Shown: piece by piece, positions 12,991-24,479 of the stretch | How positions within the stretch are numbered: position 1 is the first letter of the stretch | Layout of the letters: each line of letters starts with the position of its first letter | Origin: Lama guanicoe | Lineage: Eukaryota | Length of the DNA stretch: 64,000 bases | Direction of reading: 5' to 3' | Assembly: GCA_013239625.1 (NCBI GenBank) | Contig: MU054323.1 | Coordinates: 16,310,029 to 16,374,028, forward strand | Notes under the pieces: model-generated | The model's database searches: none | What the model saw: the letters and a program-made list of their open reading frames with translations, nothing else | What the model was told of the DNA's origin: nothing | Position numbers and translations under genes: made by a program

Positions 12991-13689
12991 TTTTCAGAAT
13001 CTTCTGGTAGTTATTTAAAATTTTTTCAAGAGTTTTTAGTTTACTCAGGGCAAGGGTGGGGATGCTCTCAAGTTGGCTTATGATGGATGCTATATGGAAC
13101 ATGTGAAACAAATCAAATTCAAATGACTCTGTAGGTGAATATGGGATGCCAAAATTTCCAGATAATCTCAAATACTGGTAAGGAGTAAACCCTCCTCTTT
13201 TGCTGTATTTATCTAGCAAGATGCAAGCAGGACCATCCTTATGCAATCAGATTGTAATATGCTTAGGAAGCTAGATTTTTTTTGTTAGTTCATTGTTCAT
13301 GAATAATGAATGTTGAGAAACATAAACTATTCAACTTCTCAACTAACTCCGGGATTTATTCTTATAAGATCTCCATCCCAGATTACCACAGGAACTTGAT
13401 CTGGCAATAAGAACATGCTAAGCAAGTAGAAGCTTATTGAGTATTATTATGCTGGTGGAATTATGAGACACCAGATTATGTTCTCACTGGAGGTGGGAGA
13501 GGTTGTCTTCCTTGGAGATTTTACATAGGTTGAGACTATTTTTTTTTGATTCTTACACAATTATACTTATTAGAGATAAAGATAGCTAGAGAAACGTGTA
13601 TGCCTACTTCTAACTGATGGAAGAGGATCTGAAGCAATGTGAGCTTTTCCGCTAAGGTGCCAAAGACTTGGCTGAGGAAGCCAGAAGGT

Positions 13690-13900
13690 GTGGGAATAAA
13701 TGCACAGATTTTGAATCAGATGAATGTGGGTCTGATTATTGACTGTATAGCGTATAGGCCATCTTTTGTTCTGGACGCTTTCATTTTTTAAGCCTGAGTT
13801 TCCTCTGTATCTACTCACAAAGATCTTTGTCAAAATTAAATGGACAATATATGTAAAGTCTTTGACTTAGAGCAGCAATTAAATAAACATTAATTCCTTT
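13690..13900 (+). mobile_element. Degenerate MIR
   Basis: AAGCCTGAGTTTTCCTC...ATTAAATGGACAATATATGTAAAG. Confidence 0.55.
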
Positions 13901-14049
13901 ATTTTTGTAAGTCAGTATTTGAACATTGAAACAATACATTCACCACTTTTTTGAGAACTATTTAAAAAATGTCCAGACTTCTTAGACAGGCAATTTTTAT
14001 TCTATTTGTGTAATCAGTTAAACTGTTTTTGGTCTCTCTCTCTTTCTTT

Positions 14050-14180
14050 CTCTTGCCTGTAAGCTCCAGGAAGATAGCAAACTTGTTTACCTGGCCCATG
14101 GTTGCATTGCCAGATATTAGCATAGAAATTGGTACATAGTAAGCAATAATATTTATTTCTTAAACAAGTGAATAAATACT
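14050..14180 (+). mobile_element. L2 3' end
   Basis: CTGTAAGCTCCAGGA...GGTACATAGTAAGC...GTGAATAAAT. Confidence 0.65.
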
Positions 14181-15464
14181 GCTTGCAAGTTATTCCTATG
14201 CAACTGTGGGTCTCTGGAAAGCTTAATTGTTTTTTTCCCCCAAGAGAAGCCAAGATACCACAATGCATTCCAAACAGCAAAGGCTATGAAAGTGAGAAAA
14301 CATATACAGATGGCCAGAAGTGGCTCAACACATTCTTCTTCATGCCAGAAAATAACTCCCAAAATAGAATACTTTCTTGGATAGAGATATTTTGTCTTGT
14401 GGGGTGACTAATAGTTAATCCAAAAAAGTCTTGGTTATGAATGTTGTGACTTTAAGTTTTTACAAGTTTATTCTGAATGGGCAGGGCATTCCTCTTTCTG
14501 CTGTAAATTTCTTCAAGTTTAGTGTCTGTTTAACTTTGTAAAAGTTCCTGGTGTGTAATATAATGAAAGCTAGAGACCCACCTGCAAAGTTGAGCTACTG
14601 AAATTCTGGCTATTTGAAACATTCAAAAGAGGCTTTGAATGACCATGAATCAGATCTCTACAGGAGTGACACAAAATAAAGGACTGCTTACATACAGTGA
14701 TTGAACCCAGAAGAGTCCTTCTGAGAGACATACAGGCATGATGATGGGAGGTGCATGTAGCTAGCTGGCTTCTTGGCTGGCAGGTTAAGCCAATTAATGA
14801 CAAGGTATACCTGGTAGCTGAATTTTTTCCATCCCAATCTTTTTTTTCAAGAAAGGTATATTTAAGAAAGAAAGAAAAATGCCAAAAAAAAAAAAGGACC
14901 AAGAAAGGCAGCCTGCTTTATTTATTTATTTTTAAACATTTGTTCTTAAATTTTTCTTTCAGAAATAAGTGCAAGAATGTGGTTTTTGGAACCATCTGAA
15001 AAAAATGTGTGCTTCTATTTCCAATAGGACTTGAGCCAGGTTTGAGATAATATTAAGCTCAATTGACAGCTCTTCGGCAGAAAGCCTGAAAATTCAAATC
15101 CTTAGTCCTCTCTACAAGTGGAATTTTTCTTTAAGATTATCAAATAAATATGTTTTGGAAAGATAGTGATTTAGTGTGAACAGATGGTGATTTTTAACTG
15201 AGATATTAAGTCTTGATATTTAAGAGAATCATTTGCCTGTTGGAGTCAGTGGGTGTGTAGTATACTGGTTGGCAAAACATCAAGTTTGTCAAAGCTAATT
15301 GGGAACTTTGATAGAGATTCAAATTCCTTATATGGTTTTTAGGACTGGAGAAGTGTTACGGTTGGGAGGAAGATTACAACACCGTACTATATTATGCCAA
15401 AACCTTACACTGGGGATCTGTAGACTCAAGAATGCCAAAACAGAAATATACTATTTCCAACAAA

Positions 15465-15660
15465 CAACTCTGTGGCGAAGAGAAAAGGCACTGGATACTT
15501 GGTCTTATTACTACTTTGCCTTTTGCTGACTTTGTGACTTGGGGCAAGTCCTGAATCTTCCTGGACCCCAGAGTCCTCCCCTCCCCCCTTTTTTTCAAAT
15601 GGAGAAGGGTTGGAATTAAAATGAAATTCAGTTATTTTCCAAAAGCATTATCCAGCTGGA
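15465..15660 (+). mobile_element. MIR/MIR3 SINE
   Basis: GAAAAGGCACTGGA...TGTGACTTGGGGCAAGTC...AAATGGAGAAGGGTTGGA. Confidence 0.65.
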
Positions 15661-17449
15661 AGGTCTTATTAGATCAAAGGACACTCCCGTGCCTTTGTGC
15701 CTCACCTAGTGTACTGTGGATACTTTTCTATCTTCTTGTTAGTGAGAGCAAAGTGCTACTTGAAGCTTCTAAGCATGAACACCCTTCTCTTTCATGCACT
15801 TTGTATTCAAGGATTTGAAAGTCTAGGGATGTGTAAGCTACAGATTTCAGAAAAATCTAAGCGCTGAGCTCATGCCTAAGAATATGTCAGGGAAAGTTAA
15901 GCAGCTCTGAGGTTTGTAAGAAAGTCCATTAAGGCAGCAGAACATTCCCCACTCCTCCAGCCCATGTGGGTGAGGTGAAGGACAAATGGAAAATGAAGAT
16001 CTGGGTAGCACTAGGGATTTTTCAGCTTTCATATGCCATCTACTCATGCTATGTTTATAATATATTTACATAAAAATTTTCTTTGAAAAAGTTGTGGTCA
16101 GGTTATAGGCTAAAAGATTTTTGGGATGGGAGATGTTGTGAGGGGAACTTGGAAGAAGAGATAATATTTAGTGAAATGAATTATCTGGGGAACTTCTAGA
16201 AGGAAGAGGATATGATCCAGGTGCAAGACAATAGAAAACTTCACTCTTCAGAAATAATCATTAAATATTCAGAAACAATAATAGATGTAATTTCACTAAA
16301 GGAAAAGGAAGGTCATGTCTTCATAAGCCCAGTGTTTTCCAAGGACGTAAGTCACCCAGGAAAAAGGTGTTTATAGTCATAATTATCCCCAATATCTACA
16401 CTCATTACCCTGAAGTACACATTCCTGCAATCATTGTCAGGAATTAGGTCTGTTTTTTAATGAATGGATGCTAACAGACTTGGAGGCAGTTGACAGCCTC
16501 CTGGGAGAGAGCAAGAGTGGGGAGATGACAGCACAATCTGACATGTAGCCCCACATTTCAGTGGAGGAAATTCAGGGCTGTTAGGCCAATGTTCCTACCT
16601 AGTTGTGGCTGAATCAGGTTGGGCACTGGAACCGCTCACCCAGAATCTTTGGCTGCTTCTGTCTGAGCTTGAACAATTGGCCAGATGGATTATAGGTCTG
16701 CCTTGGGTAGTGTTTCTTACAGTTTTAATTAGACCTGAATTTATCAAATGCATGGCAAAGGCCCAGAATCAAGCAAGGACAAGATGCCTTTCCAGCAAGC
16801 ATTTACCTCCCTCTTAATCAATGTCAAAACACATCTTGCTTTGTATTCAATCCATCTGACTAGTGAGTCTAAAACTTAGAAGTTCATCTTAATTTACTTT
16901 AGAACAAGATTTCTCCATTCCATAATCTCTTAGCCTCTCCAAGGAGCTGCCCAGTAGCTTAGGTTATGGAAGGGGTGGTAAAAAGTGTGAAGAAGACAGT
17001 AACTGCTGTTTGGAAAGTGGAGGTGATTGGATAAACAGATGGAAACATCAGACTTTCAGAATTTGGTTTCTACCAGGCAATCAACTATATAAATTCTTCC
17101 CTGTGATTATGTGTCAGATGTATTAAAAGCAACCAGGTACGGAATGTAAACAGGATTGAGACTCTCAAAGGGGAGGGAGAAATGTGCTTTATTAGTGACC
17201 TGATCTTAAATTATCACATATTATAACAATTTAAAAAACTAAACATGAATTAAAACTTTAGTTTGAAACACGCTTAGGTCCATCATGGTTGCTGGTTTTT
17301 AATTCCCTATTTATTATGGGGCTGCCTCCTTGTTGTCGTTAGGGCTTGTGTCTTCCCTGACTACTTCATCTACTACTTTATCTCAGACATTCCCATCTGA
17401 AAAGCCCCCACTTGTCTTGTCTAGTCCATAGTACAAAAGGACAATTATG

Positions 17450-17602
17450 GCAGAGACCACAACTTACACCTTTTATTCCTTTATTATTAAAATAAGAGAA
17501 CTCCGCCAGTTTTAGATGGGCACCTGACTGTCCCAAAAGACACTGCATTTCCCAGTTGTCCTTGTAATTAGCTGTGGCCACGTGACTAAGTTTGGGTCAA
17601 TG
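17450..17602 (+). mobile_element. MLT1 (MaLR) LTR fragment
   Basis: GCATTTCCCAG...AGCTGTGGCCACGTGACTAAGTT...CAATG. Confidence 0.6.
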
Positions 17603-17633
17603 ACTCATTCCACTTGGAGCCATTTAAGAATAT

Positions 17634-17828
17634 ATATAGAATAGATAAACAAGATTATACTGTATAGCACAGGGAAATATATACAAGATCTTGTGGTAGC
17701 TCATGGTGAAAAAATATGCAGGAATGAATATATATATGTTCATGTATAACTGAAAAATTGTGCTCTACACTGGAAATTGATACAACATTGTAAACAGACT
17801 ACAACTCAATAAAATAAAATAAAATAAA
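17634..17828 (+). mobile_element. Young 5'-truncated L1 3' end, camelid-like, with (TAAAA)n tail and 8-bp TSD
   Basis: AAGAATAT at 17626-17633 and 17829-17836, at a TTT/AA target; body GTAGCTCATGGTGAAAAA...TGTATAACTGAAAAATTGTGCTCTACACTGGAA. Confidence 0.85.
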
Positions 17829-18407
17829 AAGAATATCAAGTAAAAGTTGAGCAGTAGGCCACAATACAAAAGAAGCAATTATTGATTAAAGTTTCAAGAT
17901 GAAGAAGGACTTTAGTACAGCAGAACTATTGAAAAAGATTTACTTTCAGCCATAATCTAGAGGCAAAAAGAACACATATTCGAGCATCTATAAACTGAGA
18001 AGAGCAGCTGCCAGTTCTTGTGAGATAGAAACATTCTGAATGGAGGGTTCTGGAAATGAGCAAAATGTGAACACACAAGAAAGAGATGAATAGAGAGGAA
18101 GATAAGGAAATACATTGCAAAAGGAAAGATACATATCTATGAGACATTTATTAAGGCATCAAAATCATAGGGATCTGTTATGGGTTACAGTAGAGCCGTG
18201 GGGTTTTTTGAGTGGATTCTCAACAGGCTTATGATATATGTGGTGAAATAACAGAGCAGCAGGATTCATTTGGTCATTCATTCCACATGTATTTATTGAG
18301 GGCCTACCAGCCAAAGTGATGAATTGGTGGTGTGAAGGGGTTATTCTTTTATCCTAGTGTCAGGATAGACATCAATACATTAAATTTACTCAAAGAGTGG
18401 TCACATA

Positions 18408-18935
18408 ATTCCCCCAAAGAAAACATACAGATGGCCAACAGGCCCATGAAAAAGATGCCTAACATCACTAATAATTAGAGAAATGCAAATCAAAATTACA
18501 ATGAGGTATCACCTCCCACTGTTCAGAATGGCCATCATCAAAAAGCCTACAAATAACAAATGCTGGAGAGGGTGTGAAGAAAAGGGAACCCTCCTACATT
18601 GTTGGTGGGAATATAAATTGGTGCAGCCACTATGAAGAACAGTACGGAGATTCCTTAAAAACTAAAAATAGAGTTACCCTATGATACCCAGCAATCCCAC
18701 CCCTGGGCATATATTTGGAAAAGACAAAAACTCTAATTCAAAAAGATACATACACCCCAATGTTCATAGCATAGAAGGATAAATTAGGAGTTTGGGATTA
18801 ACAGAGAGATACTACTATATACAAAATAAACAGCAAGGACCTACCGTATAGCAGAGGGAACTACAGTCAAAATCTTACAATAACCTTTAATAGAAAAGAA
18901 TCTGGAAAAGTATATGTGTGTGTGTATATATATTT

Positions 18936-18969
<34 letters not shown>

Positions 18970-19036
18970 TATGACTGAATCACTTTGCTGTACACCTGAA
19001 ACTAACACAACATTGAATTATACTTCAATTAAAAAA
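18408..19036 (+). mobile_element. Cetartiodactyl-type L1: ORF2 C-terminal region and 3' UTR, with internal deletion at about 18771
   Basis: Translates to [24 protein letters not shown] from 18561 (ORF2p Cys-rich knuckle with in-frame stop); jumps from CCAATGTTCATAGCA to GGATAAATTAGGAGTTTGGG. Confidence 0.92.
18911..18972. repeat. Compound (TG)n/(TA)n microsatellite in the L1 3' UTR
   Basis: Seen directly. Confidence 0.95.
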
Positions 19037-19524
19037 GGGTAGTGGTGGTGACATAGATTCATACTTGGTATATTACAAAAGAGTCCTACAAATGGGGAAC
19101 TTAGCCAAGAACGATGTTTACAACCAAATCTGTAATGAGGGGAAGCCACAGAGGAGCACAGTGCCATGGTAACACTTATTTGCCCATCACACCTGTTCTG
19201 GGAACTTTTTATCTTACAAGAAGAGGTGCATTCTCTCTCACAATGAAGCAGGATGCAGTCCGACTCCCATAGAACCATATTCATTAAGTGGTGAGATATT
19301 TTATATCTAGATTTTACTGACTTTGACTAGTGAAAGTAAAATCCTTTCTTTTGCATTTTACTATAATTGGTAGGGAGAACAATAAAGCAGGTGAGTGCAG
19401 ACTATTATGAATAAAGAAGTATTGTTGGGAGAAAATTAGGAAAGGCAGATTGAGGTTTCTGGTTGAGTAAAATCTTGTTTGGTTTCAGGGAAAATGATTG
19501 ATTTCTAGAGTAGAATCCAGAATA

Positions 19525-19708
19525 CAGTGGTTCTCAAACTTTACCACACATAAGAATATACTTAAAAATGCCGATTTCTGGACCCATTCCCAGAGATTTG
19601 GATTCAGTGAGTCCAGGGTGAGATTAGGTAGAGAAAACTGCATTTCCTATAAGCTCCCCAGGTGATTTTTGAGCAAGGTGTACTTCGACCACACTTTGAG
19701 AACCACTG
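19525..19708. mobile_element. Full-length MER5A-type hAT-Charlie MITE with perfect 14-bp terminal inverted repeats
   Basis: CAGTGGTTCTCAAA (19525-19538) and TTTGAGAACCACTG (19695-19708); right flank TTCTAGAA fits the Charlie target preference. Confidence 0.92.
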
Positions 19709-20607
19709 TTCTAGAAAAACACCCAATTACCTGGAAGCTTCTGATGGGATTGCAGAGACCTGAGGCAGGTTTTGGGAAGCAACCTGGCACAGGCTTCCAC
19801 AGGGCAAGCTGCTGCTTTAGTTTTCCATCCCTAATTAATAGACTCTGGAGCCTACAGTAGCTGGCATGTGATTTAGAGCTATTTTAAACAAGACAAAACA
19901 AATGATGTGCAGCTGGAAACTGCTACCTTGAAGTATAAATTCAGCTGTAATTTGCATTCAATTTCTTACAGATGTGGCACCGCAACACGATAGCACATTC
20001 TAAAACCCGTAAAGCCAGAGTGGTGACTGACGAGAATTTGACAAAGACAACCTGCACTGGAACACATGTGACCATTATTATTTCTTAAAGTTATGGCCAT
20101 GTAAACATGCAACATGACCAAAGATGAAGTACCTCAGCTGTTTATTTAGTGAAACATGCCAGTGGAGAAATTTGCTGAGAATGACTGTGGCTGATTTGAA
20201 ATTCTCTTGGGGCTCACTCCTTGTCTTTGCCTCGTTTGGCGGAACTGCTGAATATATCTGTAGGCATGTTTATGGATTTAGGTTAGACTTATTTGGGAGA
20301 TTTCATGGAAGAAATAAAGCCTAAGTGGTATTTGAAGAAAATGCCAGAGTGCAGGACAATTTAAGTGTGTGCCATGGGCTCTATCCTCCTTTGAGGAAGC
20401 TCTTTCCACGTAGTTTTGTCACCCTTTATGTCACATGATTCCTTAACTCTCGTCACAACTGCCTAGATCAGATTCTGGTGGACAATGCAAAGGCAATTGT
20501 TTAGAAGAAGGTGACAAATAATCCATCTGTTTGGAGAATATGAGTGGAAGATGTGCCTAGGAAGCAATGGACATCTGTGTTTGAGGCAGTGATAAGATGT
20601 CAAAGGC

Positions 20608-20750
20608 ACTGCCACTTAAAGGATGATCCATGAATCTGTGTCTGTCCATGAACTGTTATAGGTATATGAAGAGACAGGTACTGACACTGAGAGGAGGTAA
20701 AAATTTTCATAGGGATTAAACATTGCCAGAACACCCAACTACATGACTAG
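20608..20750 (+). mobile_element. MER5C-like hAT-Charlie fragment
   Basis: GTCCATGAACTGTT...GTACTGACACTGAGAG...ACATTGCC; a related fragment lies at 49700-49815. Confidence 0.55.
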
Positions 20751-20769
20751 CCATTGTAGTAATAATTTA

Positions 20770-20880
20770 TTAATACAAAACAAATCATCTCCAAACATAG
20801 TGGCTTAAAAAGCAATAAATATGTATCATTTTACACAGTTGCTGTAGTTCAGGAAATCAGGATCTGCTTAGCTGGTTGCT
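20770..20880 (-). mobile_element. MLT1 LTR 3' fragment
   Basis: AAACATAGTGGCTTAAAA...CACAGTTGCTGTAGTTCAGGAA...GCTTAGCTGG. Confidence 0.7.
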
Positions 20881-20881
20881 T

Positions 20882-21568
20882 CCTTAACTTTTTTGCCATT
20901 TTTTAAAAAACTGAAGTACAGTCAATTACAATGTGTCATTCTCCAGTGCACAGCACAACCATTTTTATTATACTGTGTTTTGGTGTGTGTCTCTCTGGTT
21001 TTATCTTATTCAGAACTCTCTAGGCTTCCTGGAACTGAATGCCTATTTCCTTCCCCAGATTAGGGAAGTTTTCAGCCACTACTTTTCAAGTAATTTTGCT
21101 GGCCCTTTCTCCCTTTCTTCTTCTGGAACACTTATAATGTGAACGTTATTCTGCTTCATGTTGTCCCAAGTGACCTTTAAATTATCTTCACTTTTTAAAA
21201 TTCTTTTTTTCATTTTGCTGCTCTGTCTGGGTGAGTTCCATTGCTTTCTCTTCCAGCTCACCGATTCACTCTTCTACGTCATCCAACCTGCTTTTGAACC
21301 CCTCTGTATTTTTCAGTTCATCTATAAGTTCTGTTTGGAATTTTCATACATTTTCTCTTTATTGAAGTTCTCACTATGTTTGTCCACTTTCCTCCCGAGT
21401 TAAATGAACATGTTAATGACAATTACTTTGAACTCTATCTGGTAGATTGCTTACCACCATTTCGTTTAGTTCTTTTTCAGAGGTTTTGTCTTGTTCTTTC
21501 AATTGGAACATATTCCTCTATCTCCTGATTTTGCTTAATTCCCTGTGTTTGTTTCTATGTATTAGGTA
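20882..21568 (-). mobile_element. L1/HAL1-type ORF1 region, decayed
   Basis: ORF 21079..21261(-) ILKSEDNLKVTWDNMKQNNVHIISVPEEEREKG matches the ORF1p motif L.D.WDNIKR.NIRIIGVPE.EE.EKG. Confidence 0.88.
20904..20958 (-). mobile_element. About 55-bp L1 3'-terminal micro-insertion with 8-bp TSD
   Basis: CCATTTTT at 20896-20903 and 20959-20966 flanks CTGAAGTACAGTCAATTACAATGTGTC...GTGCACAGCACAA. Confidence 0.75.
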
Positions 21569-21574
21569 ATTTCA

Positions 21575-22020
21575 ATTGGGTTCTTGTGGTCAGTCCTGGT
21601 TCTGCATTTTAAGGACAGATATTGAAAATCAAGACCCCTCCCCACTCCCTATTCCCTTCATATTAGAAAAACAATTTGGGATTGCCAGATAAACTGATGA
21701 TAAGGAGATTAGAGGCATCTTTATTGATGAGCCATTCATGAGAGTACTGAATATGCTTAGCCTGGAGAGGAAAAGATTCAAGGATTGTATGATAACTATC
21801 TTTAAATATATGATGGATTTTCAGGTAGCACAGAGATTAGGACTTCTGCACCTGGGAAGTTACAGGGAGATTAATGTCATTCTTTGTAAGAACTTCTGAA
21901 AATCAGAGATTTCTAAAGTTGAAACTGACTGTCCCAGGAGGTAGTGAGTTCCCTATTGTTGAAAATATTTAAGCATAATTTGAATACTACTTGGCAGGGA
22001 TGTTGTCAGTGGGCTTCAAC
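21575..22020 (+). mobile_element. L3/CR1 LINE 3' region
   Basis: TTAGCCTGGAGAGGAAAAGA...ATGATAACTATCTTTAAATAT...GGAAGTTACAGGGAG...GGAGGTAGTGAGTTCCC...CAGGGATGTTGT. Confidence 0.85.
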
Positions 22021-22767
22021 AACAGTAGTAAATCATGAGTTGACTTTTAATATTCCTTTTCAAACTTTTGGTTCTTTTACTCAAGACATTGACGCAGTAT
22101 AGGTAACCACTTTAGTCAGCACTTACGAGGACTCAGAATATTGGTGGGATCAACACTGATCTAGGTTCTGATTTTCACCTTCTCAGTTAAAAACACAGTA
22201 TTTGCAATTCTCCTTTGTTATCTTTTAAAAAGACAATATTTTGATGCTAGAATGTTTATTTATTTTAATAGGCAACATATGTTTTTAGAAGGAACACTTA
22301 AGTCTGTTTTTTAGGGCACCATTTAACCAACATCAAGGCATTTACAACACTAATTTGTCAAAAGTTTTAAACCAACAAAGACCAAAACCATGGTTATTTG
22401 ATGGTTTCAGGAAGAGCACTGAGTATTATTGTTCTTCTTCTGAATATTAGTCCTGGAATATTGATGTTTCAATGATGACTCTAATGAAACGGATTACAAG
22501 TAAAATTTCATGAGTATTTTTTTGAATCTGAAGAAGTTATTTCAAGGATAACTTAATGAACAAATTGGAGAACAGGCAAAATTTTTGTAAGTGGAGAGTT
22601 TATAGCTGTACTTCCACTTTATTAAAATGCTATAATAATTAACACTGTAATACTGATATTAAATAGATCGATAGACTGATCGAAAAGAGTCCTAGCCCCT
22701 AAATAGACTTTGTTGTATAAAATAAGTTAATATATTTTAAAGGAAGCACCATAAATAAGAAAGGTAG

Positions 22768-23422
22768 TATTGCCAGAGCTGCTCCAAGTCTTTGTTCAAA
22801 AACCTCCAACCTCCACCTTTAGCAAAAGTGTCTTTGCCCAAAACCTGCCAACCCGCACCTTTAGCAGGAGTTAACGTAAATCTTTAAGTTAAAGGGTCCA
22901 GAGACAAGAAAGGAAGCTACAAACAAACAAACAAAAACCAGATGGAACCAGCTGGGGCTAAGATGCCAACAAATCTGACCTCCAACAGATCCTGAGTCTC
23001 ATTATACATTGATTTTACTACAGCATATTAAATGACGTCTACTGACAGCTGCAACCAGACACCAAGGACCAAAAAGGAATAAAAAGATGGTAGTACCCCA
23101 ATCTCTTGAAAAAGCACTGCCTCCTCCGCAGTAGACTAAGGCATAAGCCTCCCCATCATTAGCCTCACTCCTCCTCCCTTTGTTTGTACTTTTAAAAATT
23201 AAATCCCTATTGCCATATAGATGAGACGTTGATCTATGAACAAATTCCTGCTTCTCCATTCTTTGGTCACTGAATAAAGCTTGTACTGTATCCATCTCAG
23301 CTTCGGTTTTGTTATTTGCCTGCTTAAACCCAAATGGAAAAAGTACCCTCCTTGGCCAAGGCAGAAAGAGCCTCTGCCTGGCAAGGGCCTGAGCAGGGTA
23401 CATGTGACTTAATTTGGTAACA
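22768..23422 (+). mobile_element. ERV1-class solo LTR, MER41-like
   Basis: Termini TATTGCCA...TGGTAACA; 4-bp TSD GTAG/GTAA; AATAAA near 23273; block AAGATGCCAACAAATCTGACCTC...CTCATTATA resembles MER41; internal 42-bp-period duplication at 22788-22866. Confidence 0.8.
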
Positions 23423-24043
23423 GTAAGGAAGATTTATTCAGTACATTTTAGTTGCACACACCTAATTAGCAATATAAGAAAGTGGAACAAGACTTAGATC
23501 CCTACTTCTCTCTTTTTTAAAAAGTCTTGAAAACATACCTTTAATCTTTAGAATAAAACTGTCAATGCTACAGAAGAGAGTGAATCTCCATTTTAATTTG
23601 ACTCAGCCTCCGTCTTCTCATCTGCGAATACAGATTAGTTTTGAACTTTTTATCAGGTAAATTAAACTGCTATGTTTGTTTCATTAATGTTCCCCCACCC
23701 TCACCTCGAGGTTTTATTTTGTTCTTTCATTTGGAGCATACTCCTCTGTTTCTTCATTTTGCTTGACTCTCTGTGTTGCTTTCTATGCATTAGGTGAAAC
23801 AGCCACTTCCAGTCTTAAAGGAAAAGCTCGTGTAGATGAACCTTATTCAACCCTGCCCTAGCTCTTGGTGGTCTCTCAAGCCTCTGTGACTGTCCCAGCA
23901 GCCTACCTCCTTTTAATGCCTCTGAGGCCTGGAAGGCTGTGGCCAGACCTGTCAGTGTCCCTAAAGGGAGGATCTGAGTCCGCACCCAGATTCGGGCAAC
24001 AGCTTTTAAAGCACACACATATACACAGGGCTGTGGCACCCAT

Positions 24044-24461
24044 TGTGGACAAAGAATGCCGCCTGCCACGTTAGCAAACAACGGATGCTGTGGCCACCAA
24101 GCCAGCAGCCACTGCAGCCGCCCCCTTGGTGAGTCCTGAGGGGACTCAGGATGGGGAAGAACAGGATCCTGGCCCTAGATAGTTAAGATGCACATCAAAG
24201 GAATGATTTCAATGAGCCCAAACTCCTGCATCTTCCCATACAGAGAAAAGCACTAAAATCATTAACTTGAGATGTCTTTTTTTTTTTTTAATTAAGAGTA
24301 ATCTTTTTATGTTACGACTACCTTTTTTTGTTGTTGCAAAAGCTCCTATATATCCTGGCTCCCCTCTTACCTCTTCTGCCTCCCGGGCTTCAGTCCTCAG
24401 CAAGTCCACAGAATAAAACGTAATTCTCAACTTTCAGTTGTGCATTTTTTTTCAGTCAACA
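24044..24461 (+). mobile_element. ERV1-class solo LTR of cetartiodactyl type
   Basis: Termini TGTGGAC...GTCAACA; TATATAT at 24347-24353; AATAAA at 24412-24417; TSD degenerate. Confidence 0.82.
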
Positions 24462-24479
24462 ACACGCAAAAGCCACCAG

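Noticed and set aside
21079..21261. ORF with real protein similarity
   Set aside because: Fragment of L1 ORF1p bounded by stops, not a host gene; the ORFs at 29833-30039 and 59540-59818 are likewise L1-derived
22468..22535. Possible C/D-box snoRNA (ATGATGA at 22472, CTGA at 22528)
   Set aside because: Only about 60 nt, no internal D'/C' boxes, minimal terminal stem, no recognisable guide
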